Assembly (NCBI GenBank): GCA_043821645.1
Contig: JBDRCO010000076.1
Coordinates: 1-64,000, forward strand
Length of the DNA: 64,000 bases
Direction of reading: 5' to 3'
Origin: Pseudomonadota bacterium
Lineage (GTDB): Bacteria > Myxococcota > JACRCW01 > JAFGSX01
Shown here one piece after another: positions 19,420-30,600 of this stretch (its first letter is position 1; every line of letters begins with the position of its first letter). The translations under genes and the position numbers were made by a program. The notes beneath the pieces are model-generated. The model made no database searches and had not been told where the DNA came from. It saw only the letters and a list, made by a program, of their open reading frames with translations.

Positions 19420-20619
19420 TCAAGGCAGACAGGTGATGGGGCCGTAGGGGAGATTCTGGTCCCGGGCGACGCCAAAGGTCAGCACGTCCAGGTGTCCGGT
19501 CTGCAGGTGATCGTGGATCTCCTCACAGGCGCCTCCGATTCGCGTGAGGTCTCCCGGACCGTTCTCGTAGCCGGCTGCCGCCACCACGGCGCGTCCGCTG
19601 AGTCCATTGAACACGATGTAGCGCTGCCCCCTGGGGGGCGCGCTGGCCCAGCGCATGTTCACATAAAAGGCCTCGGCGTCGACGGGGGGACGGCTCGTGC
19701 TGCCCTGGCCGTATTCGTTGCTGGGCTCACAGCACGGGGCCCAGGGCTCGCTACGGCTCATGCTGTAGCCAGTGGTCGATTCACTCAGGGTGTAGTGCGC
19801 TGTGATGCCGTCGGTGATGCTCTGCGGCCAGCTGCCACCGCTGAACTCCTGGCTGGTCACCAGGTGGGCTTCGAGCACGACGGGGCCGGTTGCCGGCATC
19901 GCCAGCGCTTCGCTGGTGCCGATGCGGTTCAGGCTTTCCCCGAGCATGCCGCAGTTCGTGCCGTCGGCCAGAAAACGCGCGAACAGGGTGTAGGGCCCTG
20001 CGAACTCGACGCCGCTGGCATTGGCCCAGGTGTCGGCGACCAGGAGATAGGTGCCGGCGGACAGGTGAGCGCTGAGGCCGCGGTGGCCCCGCGCCAGGCA
20101 ACTGCTGGGCGAGCAAGCGGACAGCAGGTGGATGTCGATGTCCGCGCCGGCGCTGCTGCCGTCGTCGAGCATGGCGATCAAGGTCCCGGGTTGGCTCAGG
20201 GTGACCGCGTAGAGCCGCTCGGGACCACTCTCGGCCTGCGGGCTGCAGCTGTACTGGTCGAACAGGTCGTGTGACGAGGTGCTGGTATCGGCGCTGTCCT
20301 GATAGGGAAAGCTGGGGATGGTGGTGACTGCCTGGCCAGGGCAGATCGAGCCCGCATCTCCCGCGCTGATGCTGTCGCGGCCTGTGCCCGAGTCGGACGC
20401 CATCGCGCCATCCGGGAACCCGCGATCCTGGCCCCCTCCGTCGTGGCTAGCACTGTCCGCGATGGTCGCGTCGGCCACGCCGGTGTCGTCGAGATGCCGA
20501 TCGGGGAAGTTCGCGTCGAGCACGGTTGCGGCATCGTGCTCGGCGGCGGGGACAGCCAGCGACCCGTGGTCACAGCCGAGTACCAGCAGCACACCGCACC
20601 AGAGTGATGAACGATTCAT
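19420..20619 (-). CDS. Lipoprotein: Asp-rich linker, PPC-like domain, C-terminal possible double-psi beta-barrel domain
   Basis: Lipobox VLGC; ESGPERLY..DIDIHLL..LSAGTYLLVADT; YVNMRW..NGLSGRAVVAAAGYENGP. Confidence 0.65.
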   Translation of the reverse strand: MNRSSLWCGVLLVLGCDHGSLAVPAAEHDAATVLDANFPDRHLDDTGVADATIADSASHDGGGQDRGFPDGAMASDSGTGRDSISAGDAGSICPGQAVTTIPSFPYQDSADTSTSSHDLFDQYSCSPQAESGPERLYAVTLSQPGTLIAMLDDGSSAGADIDIHLLSACSPSSCLARGHRGLSAHLSAGTYLLVADTWANASGVEFAGPYTLFARFLADGTNCGMLGESLNRIGTSEALAMPATGPVVLEAHLVTSQEFSGGSWPQSITDGITAHYTLSESTTGYSMSRSEPWAPCCEPSNEYGQGSTSRPPVDAEAFYVNMRWASAPPRGQRYIVFNGLSGRAVVAAAGYENGPGDLTRIGGACEEIHDHLQTGHLDVLTFGVARDQNLPYGPITCLP

Positions 20620-20714
20620 GAGGCCTCTTTGTGCCAGGCGTGCCGCGCCATCTGCCCGGCAGGCTGCCACCACACCGACCGCGACAGGGCCGCGGTGGTC
20701 CTGACCGGTTCCTC

Positions 20715-21884
20715 TCACGTGGTTTCCAGGGTCCACACTCCGTCCCATTCGCCGAGCTGGCCATCGCGCTTGAGTCGCATGATTTGAACCACCCGGTCGC
20801 GCAAGCAGCGAGCGGGGGCATCTCGATAGATGGACACGGCCTCGTCGAGCAGCTCGAAGGCTCCGGCAAACTCTCCCTGGCGATAGCGCTCGAGACCTTG
20901 CGCATAGAGGCGCAGGTACTCGAGGGGCGCTTCCAGGGCTTGCTGGTGCGTGACGAGTGTGTTGGCCGCCTCGCGCATCATGGATCGCTCATCGAAAGCC
21001 AGAAGCGTGACTGGCGTGCTCAGGTTGGCCAGCCTGACCGTGTCGAGTTCGCGGGTGTGGCTGCGGTCCTTGAGCGCGTCATGCAGGGCCGTGTTGAACA
21101 GGATTCGAGACCCGTAGACACGGTTGGCGGATTCGAGGTGCTTGGCCATGACCACGGTGTCGCCGGACACGTCGAGGTCGTCATCGACATGGAAGCCCAC
21201 CTCACCGAGGGCCAGCCCGACACGCACGGTGCAGCTTTCCTCGCCATTCAAGAAGTCATAGACCTCCTGGGTCACGAAGGTGGTGGCATGCCGCGCGAAC
21301 TCCAGCGCGGTGTCCGCCGCACTGTAGCGACGGTCGGACGCTGGCCACAGGCCGAACACGGCCAGCAGTCCTGCTCCCAGCGAGCGCAGGGGGCAGCCCA
21401 GGCGAATCAGAACATGGTCCTCGAGCTTTTCGAACACCTCGCGCAGGTGCTCGGCCAGGGTAGGACCAAAACGCTCGATCAGGGCCGAGGCGCGGGCCAC
21501 GTCGACAAACACCGCGATGGCGGGTGAGCGATAACTCTCGGTCAGGGGAGCACCGGCCCGGATCTCTGCCTTCTCGCCGTCGAAGTCGAGAAGGTCACCG
21601 GGGCGTACCTGAGCCTGGCGCACCGCACGGCCGTTGAGCTCGACACCGTTGAGCGAGTGCAGGTCGCGCACCATGTAGGTATCGCCACGACGGTAGATCA
21701 CGGCGTGCTGCCGCGACGCCTTGGCAGAGAGCAGCATGATGGTGTTCTTCTGATCACGTCCGAAGAACAACGGCTCCATGCCGACCGGATACTCCTTGCC
21801 GTCGTGTGCCACGACCAGGCCATCGATCGGGCCTGGCGCTGTCCCCTTGCGCCGTCCTGCTCCAGTCACGGTCTCCTGTTCCAT
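20715..21884 (-). CDS. FHA domain plus degenerate class III nucleotide cyclase plus TPR-like tail
   Basis: FHA: FGRD..SRQHAVI..DLHSLNGV; cyclase fold FVDVA..SLGAGLLAVFG..VRVGLALGEV..GDTVVMAKHLESANRVYG. Confidence 0.85.
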   Translation of the reverse strand: MEQETVTGAGRRKGTAPGPIDGLVVAHDGKEYPVGMEPLFFGRDQKNTIMLLSAKASRQHAVIYRRGDTYMVRDLHSLNGVELNGRAVRQAQVRPGDLLDFDGEKAEIRAGAPLTESYRSPAIAVFVDVARASALIERFGPTLAEHLREVFEKLEDHVLIRLGCPLRSLGAGLLAVFGLWPASDRRYSAADTALEFARHATTFVTQEVYDFLNGEESCTVRVGLALGEVGFHVDDDLDVSGDTVVMAKHLESANRVYGSRILFNTALHDALKDRSHTRELDTVRLANLSTPVTLLAFDERSMMREAANTLVTHQQALEAPLEYLRLYAQGLERYRQGEFAGAFELLDEAVSIYRDAPARCLRDRVVQIMRLKRDGQLGEWDGVWTLETT

Positions 21885-22006
21885 GGTCCACCCCATCCTG
21901 TGAGCTGCGCATCCTATCCAATCACAAAGCAGTCAGGCACTCTTCGCGTCGTCACCCGCACCTCTCGAGGTTAAGCAGGACACCCGGGTCGGGTGGAGTT
22001 CGAGCT

Positions 22007-22510
22007 TCAGCCGGAGAACATCAGATCGGCATCGTCGACCTGCCGCAGCAGCAGCTCCAGGGCGCCGACCAGGGCGAGGCAGGTATCGCGATCGGTCTCG
22101 TCAAAGCCACTTTCCTTGTTGATGGCGCAAAGGACACCGGCCACGTGCCCGTCGTAAACCAGAGGAATCGCCAGGAGATTGTGTGTCACGAAGCCCGAGA
22201 TCCTGTCGACCACGTCGAAGAAACGCGCATCGCTGGCGGGATCATTGACCAGGGCGCTGCGTCCGCTGCGTATCACCTCCCCGGCCACACCGCGGCCCTC
22301 GGGAAAGCGACCCGCCTCGGGTGAACGTGGGGACTGCTCACCCACCGCCGCCACGAACTCCAGCTCCCGCGCCTGCCGCCGGTGAAGGATCAGGGACGCG
22401 CTCCGGGCTCCGGCCAGGCGGACGAGGTGTTGTAGGGCGTGTCTGAGAACCTCGCCGGCACCAGCTCCACCTTCGGCCAGCTGCTTCATCTGCTGCACGG
22501 CTTTTTGCAT
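22007..22510 (-). CDS. Stand-alone GAF domain protein
   Basis: GRGVAGEVIRSGRSALVNDPASDARF..DRISGFVTHNLLAIPL..GVLCAINK..FDETD (NKFDE-like). Confidence 0.88.
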   Translation of the reverse strand: MQKAVQQMKQLAEGGAGAGEVLRHALQHLVRLAGARSASLILHRRQARELEFVAAVGEQSPRSPEAGRFPEGRGVAGEVIRSGRSALVNDPASDARFFDVVDRISGFVTHNLLAIPLVYDGHVAGVLCAINKESGFDETDRDTCLALVGALELLLRQVDDADLMFSG

Positions 22511-22732
22511 GTCACCCCCGGACGGTCACTCTGTTGCGATGCGTGCTTCGATCTATAGCTGGCACTCTCGCGAACTGCCACCACGACTCGATACCGAGGG
22601 CAGGCAGGTCGACAGCGCTCGGTGTGGCCTGGGACAGGTTCCCAAGAAAAGCCTGATCGTCGTCGCTCAGGTGCTACATCCTCCTCACGGAGTGTTCGAT
22701 CTGACTTCGAAAACAAGGATGGGAGGAATGTC

Positions 22733-23104
22733 GTGCAAGGAGCCATCCATGAGAGGCGTACGCAGGTTCGTTTCAAGACTGCTGGCCAGGCGGAGTGTCG
22801 ACTCGGAGGACAGAGGGCGTCGGGCTTGCTGCTTGACCTGAGTGCGGGAGGTGTCTTTGTCGGGCCTGCCATTGGCTGGCAGGACGAGCATTTCATCCGG
22901 AATACACCGTTCGCGCGCGTGGCGCACATCGGTGACGAGATCGTCCTCAGCTATCGGGAGGCATGGTACGCGGCCGAGATTCTCACCATTGCCGTACTCC
23001 GCTGGTTCGGTTTTTCTCCTGTACACCAGTGCTACGGCTTTGGTTTCGAGTTCCAGCGGGACGACGCTGACCTGGCCACAGTCGGTCCTGGTGTCACGAA
23101 CTGA
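22733..23104 (+). CDS. Stand-alone PilZ domain protein (c-di-GMP receptor)
   Basis: RTQVR (RxxxR) and DLSAGG (DxSxxG); GFGFEF; GGGAGG before GTG 22733. Confidence 0.8.
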   Translation: MQGAIHERRTQVRFKTAGQAECRLGGQRASGLLLDLSAGGVFVGPAIGWQDEHFIRNTPFARVAHIGDEIVLSYREAWYAAEILTIAVLRWFGFSPVHQCYGFGFEFQRDDADLATVGPGVTN

Positions 23105-23127
23105 CGACCGGAAGGTCGCAGGGCAAC

Positions 23128-23754
23128 TCAGGTCAAGGTCTTCGCGCGAACACCCGGGTGATGCAGGTCCAGGCACTCCTCACAGATGGTGTGCGTGAAC
23201 AGCGCATCCGAGTGCTGCTGCACGTACTGCTCGACGGCCACCCAGTACGACGATTCTTGTCGGATCTTTTTGCAGTACGAGCAGATCGGCAACAACCCGC
23301 GCAGCGCCACCAGATCCGTCACATCCTCGAGCGTGAGCAAGACCAGCGCTCGACCCTGGTGCACGAAGGGTGCCGCGGTGACCAGCAGGGACAGCTCGAA
23401 GCGTCCGCCCTGGACTCGCCATGTTTTCCGGGTGCGCACGCGATGCACGTGCTGACCGTCGATGGCCTGCTGCACCGAACCGCGGACCTCGCATTTGCCG
23501 CAATCTACTGAGTTGCCGCAGCCAAGCCCGGAGCTGGCGCAGGCCACCACGTCTCCCACGGCCCGTTCCAGGGCCTCGCTGGCATCGAGGCCAAAGGTCC
23601 TGGCCGCGCTTCTGTTGAGCGTGCGGATGTGGCGAGCACCATCGAGAACGAAGGCCATGACGGGCATGGCGTCGAGAATCGCCTGCAACAGACCATCGCT
23701 GGTGTCCGCGATTTCGGGTGCCGGGGCGTCATCACGACTGGATTTCTCGTCCAT
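23128..23754 (-). CDS. PAS domain protein with C-terminal four-Cys domain
   Basis: ILDAMPVMAFVLD..NRSAARTFG; Cys insert CGNSVDCGKC; GLLPICSYCKKIR..YW..THTICEEC. Confidence 0.85.
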   Translation of the reverse strand: MDEKSSRDDAPAPEIADTSDGLLQAILDAMPVMAFVLDGARHIRTLNRSAARTFGLDASEALERAVGDVVACASSGLGCGNSVDCGKCEVRGSVQQAIDGQHVHRVRTRKTWRVQGGRFELSLLVTAAPFVHQGRALVLLTLEDVTDLVALRGLLPICSYCKKIRQESSYWVAVEQYVQQHSDALFTHTICEECLDLHHPGVRAKTLT

Positions 23755-23966
23755 GGACAACCTGTGCGCTGCGCCTGATGCCAGCGCGAGTGCCCTTTTT
23801 GTTCTGCCGCGTGGCGAGAGAAAACATAGCACGTGCCCGGTTGCATGCCGGCGCTTTCGTCGTCACCGCACACCGATGCAGAGAGTGCGCAAGAGGTGCC
23901 TTGTGAGTCCGGATTCCGGACCGGTCGCGAAGTGTAGATGGAACAGGCGCGTCGACGACCCAGAGC

Positions 23967-24305
23967 TCACTCGCGGAGCAGGTCGACCAGTACGTCGCGG
24001 AGGAGTTCGGCGGAACTGCGCGGCGCCGCGTCGGGCGAAGTCACCTCGGCATCGGCAGCAACGGTCTCTCGCTCACTGCCGTACATGGCCGCGATGATCG
24101 TCTCGTCGACACCGGACCAGATCACGGCATCCACAAGAGAGCGCACGATCTCCGCCTGGGTCACCCGGTGGCCTGTTCTGGTCTCGATATCCTGGCTCAG
24201 GTGGTCCAGGAAGGCTATCTGACGCTCGAACAGGAGCACGGTGCTGCGTGACCATTGCGCATCGCCGAGGGGGGACTGCGGCAGGGGGTTGCTGTCGTCG
24301 GGCAT
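23967..24305 (-). CDS. Putative ribbon-helix-helix (CopG-like) DNA-binding protein
   Basis: STVLLFERQIAFLDHLSQD..VTQAEIVRSLVDA beta-alpha-alpha pattern; AGGAG RBS. Confidence 0.6.
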   Translation of the reverse strand: MPDDSNPLPQSPLGDAQWSRSTVLLFERQIAFLDHLSQDIETRTGHRVTQAEIVRSLVDAVIWSGVDETIIAAMYGSERETVAADAEVTSPDAAPRSSAELLRDVLVDLLRE

Positions 24306-24695
24306 GGGATCTCCTCACCTCAGGGCCTGGTCGAACTTCTATCATCACTCGTCACCTGGCACGAGGCATCCACGGGGGTATCGGCCACTTTGATGATCTT
24401 CATTGTGAGCATGCTCACCAAAAATTCCACACCACTTCGGCGACGGTGATTGTGATCGTGCGCACGCTGGCGGCGAGTGCGATCCCGGTCACAGAACACC
24501 GCAAGTTTGCGGGAGTGTTGCCTTCGCTCCCGCAGCCCGCGGCCGGCGGCACACAGGGAATGTTGGTTTTGAGTGCGACCTGGTGCGTGCTGTGGCTTCC
24601 TAAGCGTGACGCAGTGTGCCGCACCAGGCCCAAAGGGCGGCGAGGGCAGATACACACGACGGACGCGGGACGGGCCCGCGCTGGCGAGGGAAGAC

Positions 24696-27600
24696 ATGAT
24701 GTCGACATGCAATCGTTCGTGGATGGCCATCAGCGTGCTCCTGACCACCGCTCTTGCGGCCTGCCCGGAGCCTCCCGATACCCCAAATCCACCCAGGCGT
24801 GACGCGGCCCATTACGATGCCGGAAGCGTCGACACCCTGGGCACGGACAGCGCGGTGCTGGACAGTGCTGGTCAAGATCTCGTGGCTGCAGATTCGGCCG
24901 CCCCCGACGTCACCAGCGCGGATAGCGCCAGCCCCGATGCGGGTGGTCCCGATGCCTGGGAGCCGAGCTGCGAGGATGAGTGCAGCGAGGGCTCGCAGGT
25001 CTGCGACACTGCCGTCGACGGCTACCGCATCTGTGGCCAGTACGACCTGGACGACTGCCTGGAGCTGTCGCCTACGGTGGCCTGTGCGCCCGCCTTCTCC
25101 TGCACCGCCGGGGTCTGCGTGCCGGATTGCCGCGACGAGTGCCCGGTGTCCGGGACCCTGTGTCAGGACGAGAACACGGTGCTGGCCTGTGGCAACTTCG
25201 ACACGGATGCCTGCCTGGACCTCGGTGGCGCGGTGGCCTGCGGTACTGGAAAGAAGTGCGAGGCTGGCCAGTGCGTGGACACGGCCTCGACCTGCAGCGA
25301 CGAGTGCGCAGACGGCGAGACCACCTGTTTTGGCGATGCGGTGCGCACCTGCGGGGCCTTCGACAGTGACAGCTGTCGCGACTTCAGCATGCCCGTGACC
25401 TGCGGCCAGGGCCTCGTGTGCCAGGGCGGGGCGTGCACGTCATTCTGCGAGGATGAGTGCTCCTCTGCCGGCGTCAACGAGTGTGTGGGGAACGGAGTCC
25501 GCTCCTGCGGCAACTACGACGCCGATGGCTGCCTCGAGTGGGGCCCCATTACCGGATGCCAGGCTCCCCAGTTCTGCACCGCTGGCGTGTGCAGCGTCAC
25601 CTGTACCCACGAATGCGACAGCGTCGGCCAGGCCCTGTGCGTGACAGGTGGCGTGGCCATGTGCGGCGAGTTCGATGGCGACCCCTGCCGCGACCTGTCG
25701 ACCCCGACGCCCTGTCCCGCGGGCTATGCCTGTGGTTCGGGCGGCTTGTGCTCGGCCACCTGCACCAATGACTGTGCGCTGGGCACGCCTCCGCGCTGTG
25801 GCACTGATGGTTTCAGTCTGGAGACCTGCGGCAACTTCGACGGCGACGTATGCAGCGAGTGGGGCGGCGCCATCACGTGCCCGGGCGGAGCCACCTGCAC
25901 CGGCGGTTCCTGCGACACGCCCTGCACCGATGACTGCACTCCCAGCGGCCTGACCGAATGCATCAGCGGCGACAACGCCACCCAGACCTGCGGCCAGTAC
26001 GACCTGGACAGCTGCTACGAGTGGGCCGCACGCTCCGCCTGCGAAGCTTGGCAGGTGTGCTCGACGGACCAGTGCGTGCTCGGCGTCACCCCGGCCACCA
26101 TCCTCATCAACGAGGTGCTCTACGACGCCACCGGTACGGACAATGCGGCCGGGACCCTGGTCTTCGTCGAGCTGTGGGGTCCGGCCTCGCAGTCCCTGGA
26201 TGGCTACGAGCTGGTGGGCGTCAACGGCAACGGTGGCGTGGACTACAACCGCATCGCCCTCACCGGCGAGGTCACGGGCACCGACGGCTACTTCGTCATT
26301 GCCCACCCCCAGGCCGCGGCCAGCCTGCTGGCCCTGGCCGACATCACCAAGAACGAGGTGGACTACCAGAACGGGCCGGACGCGATACAGCTGCGCTGGC
26401 GCGGTCGGCTCGTCGACGCGGTGGGTTACGGTGTGTTCGGCAGTGGCGATGTGTTCGCCGGCGAGGGCACGGCGGCACAGGCTGCGCCGCCGAGTGGTGC
26501 TGGCAAGAGCCTGACCCGCAGCGCCAGCCACGCAGATACCGACGTCAACAGCGCGGATTTCAGCGTCGCCCTGGCGCCCAGCCCCCGGGCCAATCCCCCG
26601 GACTGCCTGGACGAGTGCCCGACGCTGAATGCCACGCGCTGCAGCAGCTCCCAGGTGCAGACCTGTCGTGCCGACGTCGACGCCGACTCCTGCCTCGAGT
26701 GGACAGCAGCTGCCAACTGCCCGATCAGCGGCGAGAGCTGCGTGGGTACGACCTGTCAGGCTCCGGTGTGCAGCGACGAGTGCCCGACCCTCAACGCCAC
26801 CGAGTGCGTGGGCCTGCAGATCCGCACTTGCCGCACCGACGTCGACTCCGACAGTTGCCGCGAGTGGACCGCGGCTGGCAACTGCCCGGTCGGCGGCCAG
26901 ACCTGCAACAGCCTGACCGATCAGTGCGAGACCCCGACCTGCAGCAACGACTGCAACCCGGGCACGGACCTGCCCCAATGCGGCGGTACCAACGGACAGC
27001 AGATCCGCTCCTGCGTGGTCGATGGCGACCCCGACTCCTGCTACGAGTGGAGCACGTATAGCGACTGCACCACCGGCGGCCAGGTCTGCATCGGTGGCAC
27101 CTGCACCACGCCCTGCAATCACGAGTGTCCGTCGACGGGCGCCACCCGCTGCGCGATCAACGGTCAGATCGAGACCTGCGGCAACTACGACACCGACGCC
27201 TGCCGCGAGTGGAGCGCGCCCGCCAACTGCGGTGGCAGCCTCACCTGCATCGTCGACAGCTGCCAGGCGCCCAGTGCGCCCGAAGTCAGGCTCATCTCGC
27301 CCCAGGGAACAGTGCAGACCACCCAGGGCAATGTGCATCGAATCCTGGTCGATGCTACGGCTGCACCCGGCCGCAGCATCGTGCGCGTCGACTACTACGT
27401 CGACAACGTCAAGAAGGGTGAGACCACGGCCGCGCCCCACGAGTACTTCTACACGGTGCCGGCCAACGCTCCGACCAACTCGACCCAGAGCGTGCAGGCC
27501 AAGGCCGTCGACAACCAGAACGTCACCGGCTCATCGAGCTACGCCTACCTCGACGTCAAGAACGATGCACCGGTGGCGGCGTTCACGGCCATCATCACCA

Positions 27601-30600
27601 ACATCAACGGAGGCGTTGGTACTGTGACCGCCGATGCCAGCGCGGTGCGTGATACCGAGACCTCAACGGCCAATCTCGAGGTGTGCTGGGACTGGATGAA
27701 CTCCGGCACCTGTTCCGCGTTCTCCACCGACAAGATCGCCGTCAAGAACGACTTCGCGGCGCCGGCACCGGGTCCCACGACTTACACCATCCGCATGGTG
27801 GTACGCGACGCAGTGGGCCAGACCCACGCGACCACCCGCGACGTGACCTTCACGTCCATCCAGTACATCGGTGGGCAGACCATCGACACCACTCTCTGGT
27901 ATGGCACGGTGGTGATCACCGGTGACGTCACCGTGGGCGCCACCGCCACCCTGACCATTGCCGAAGGTACACAGATCCTGTTCGTGCGTACGGACCAGGA
28001 CAACAACGGTATCGGTGACTACACCTTTGACGTGGCCGGCACCCTGATCGTCGAGGGCACCGCGAACAATCCCGTGGTGTTCACCGGACAGGACTCGGGC
28101 GCCAAGGTGCCCGGCGCCTGGGACCGCATCATCCTCCGCGGCAGTGCACCGTCGACCCTGACCCATACCGTGGTCGAGTATGCGGACGTGGGCATCGAGG
28201 CGCGCAACGGATCGATCCTGGACCATGTCACCGTGCGCTCGACGCACGACGAGTGCATCCGTCTGAATAACGCCGACAACGCCGTGCTCAGCGACGTCAC
28301 CGTCACCGAGTGCGGATCCAACGGTGTCAGCGTCTACAACGGCACCACGGGTGCCAGTGCGAGCAACCTCAGCAGCACCGTCAACGGCGCCAACGGCCTG
28401 TCGCTGTGGCAGAGTTCGGCCATCACCGTTGTCGGGGCAACGCTGGCGAACAACACGGTAAATGGCGCGAGGGTGGGGACTGGGTCGACGCTGAACCTGA
28501 GTGACGCGGATGTGGAGGATAATGATGGGGCTGGTATCGCCTTCCTGTCGTCGGCCGGAGGGGCCGTCACGCACAACCAGATTCACCGAAACGGGCTCGA
28601 GGGGATAGGGCTGTATGCCGATTCGAGTGGCAACCCAGCTCCTGTAGTCAACTACAACAATATCTACAGCAATGGCAGTTCCGGAACGATGCGCGTCCAG
28701 ACCATCAACACATCCGCGACACTCACAGCGAGCTACAGCTCCTGGGGGTCCTCTGTCACCTCGTCGACCTGGAGTGTCCCGGGCGGCTCGACGATCCGAC
28801 GTGCGTACATCAACTATGACGAGACCGACAATAGTTCCAACTACGTGACAGGAACACTGCAGGAGGGGGGAGGAAGCACGATTCGAACCTTCACCTCTGA
28901 TTTCGCGGGATGGGTGTATGTGGATCCCAGCGTGACCTCACTTCGCGTTCGGGTTGCAGACAGTGGGTACGGTTCTGCGGTGGACACCATCACTGCCAGT
29001 CAGGTCGAGGTGGTCTGGCCGGATGGATCCTCGGAGGTCGTGGCGATAGTGGATTCCGGGACCGTGGATCTCCGCTACAACTACCTGGGAGTGTTTCCCG
29101 GTGTGCTTTCGCACGTGGAACTGTCCCGGCCCGATGCCGTCAATCTTCAGGGTTTTGTCGGATCTCTTTATGACTCGAGCTGGGACAGGGGCATATACCT
29201 GGCGGGACCAATCACGACCCGGACACTCGACGGCACATTCGTCGTGACAGGTGACATCACGATCGCTGCTGGAGCGGTGGTGAGCGTCGAAGCTGGGTCG
29301 ATCATCCAGTTTGTCAAGCACGACCAGGACGGCGACGGAGACGGGGATTTCTCGATCACGTCCTCTGGACAGCTCAACCTGACTGGGGCTCAGGGCGACG
29401 AGATCGTTGTGGACGGTTACGGTGCGGTGGCAGGAAACGCGTTCCAGACTGTGCTGCTCGCAGGTTCGACCGGTGAGGCCAGTCACTGGAGTCACGTGAC
29501 CGTGTCCAAGGGGCGGCAACCTGTGCGAATCACAGGTAATAGCGCTTTGGACCACATCACTGTTGCGGGAGGATCTGGTGATGGCGTCAAGGCCGAGAAC
29601 TCGACGGGAGTGAGTATCTCCGATTGCGTGGTCTCCGGCGCGGGCGGAACGGGGTTCCTGCTCAACAACGCAGACTCGGCCATCCTGAGTGACCTGACCA
29701 GTGAAGCAAACAGTGGCAATGGTTTGACCATACAGGGGGGATCGACTGGTGTGTCGGTGAGCAAGCTGCTGAGCCGATACAATACGGGCTCAGGTGTCTA
29801 CGTTCTTGGTGGCTCCACGCCGTCGATTGTCGACTCGACGATCCGAGAAAACACGGCGCACGGCATCCACGTGGACGGATCGACTCCTTCCATCATGTAC
29901 AACCTCCTAGCATACAATGGAGGAAGTGGTCTGCGCATCGATGGCAGCGGGACCTCCACAGGGCAGTACAATATCGTCAAATTTAACGAGAACAGTGGTG
30001 TTTCTGCCTGGTCCAAGGCCGGTGCGACCCCCGCCGTGACCGTCAGCCATTCAAATATCTACAGTAACTCAACCAACGGTAGCAGCATCATCTTCGCAGA
30101 GACACCCTCCTCGACCCTCACAGCATCGTACTCCTCCTGGGGGTCCTCTGTGACATCCTCGACTTGGACCGCAGCCGATGGCAGGTCCATTCGACGGGTC
30201 TTCGTGAGTTACGACGAGACAGACAATAGCTCCAACTACGTCACAGGAACCTTGCTGACAGGTGGAGGCAGCGTGATCCAGAACTTCTCGTCGGACTTCA
30301 ATGGCTGGGTTTACGTGCCAGCGGGGACGATGTCGCTCAGGGTACGCGTCGCTGATAGCGGGTATGGATCCGCCACAGACAGCATCACGGTGACGACGGC
30401 TGAGATGTGGGAGGAAAGTGGGACAAGCAACTATGAACTAGTCGCGGTCACGGACAGTGGAACCGTCGGTGCTGACCACAACTTCTGGACTTCAAATGTT
30501 GGCGACGTGCCGTCCAAGATCTTCGAGGCCAGGACTGGTACAGTTGACTACTCCGGCTACACGGGAAGCGAGTATCCCAGCGGATCTGTCACGCAGGTCG

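Noticed and set aside
23907-23921. Perfect palindrome GTCCGGA-T-TCCGGAC (likewise GCATGTC-CT-GACATGC at 14402-14417)
   Set aside because: 7-bp inverted repeats are expected by chance in 64 kb of GC-rich DNA; no second copy seen
24960-27270. Tandem repeats as a CRISPR array or mobile element
   Set aside because: Repeats are protein-level, in frame and degenerate in DNA; no cas, transposase or integrase genes seen
28715-30400. Duplicated segment as a DGR template/variable repeat pair
   Set aside because: Differences are largely synonymous and not adenine-specific; no reverse transcriptase in the window
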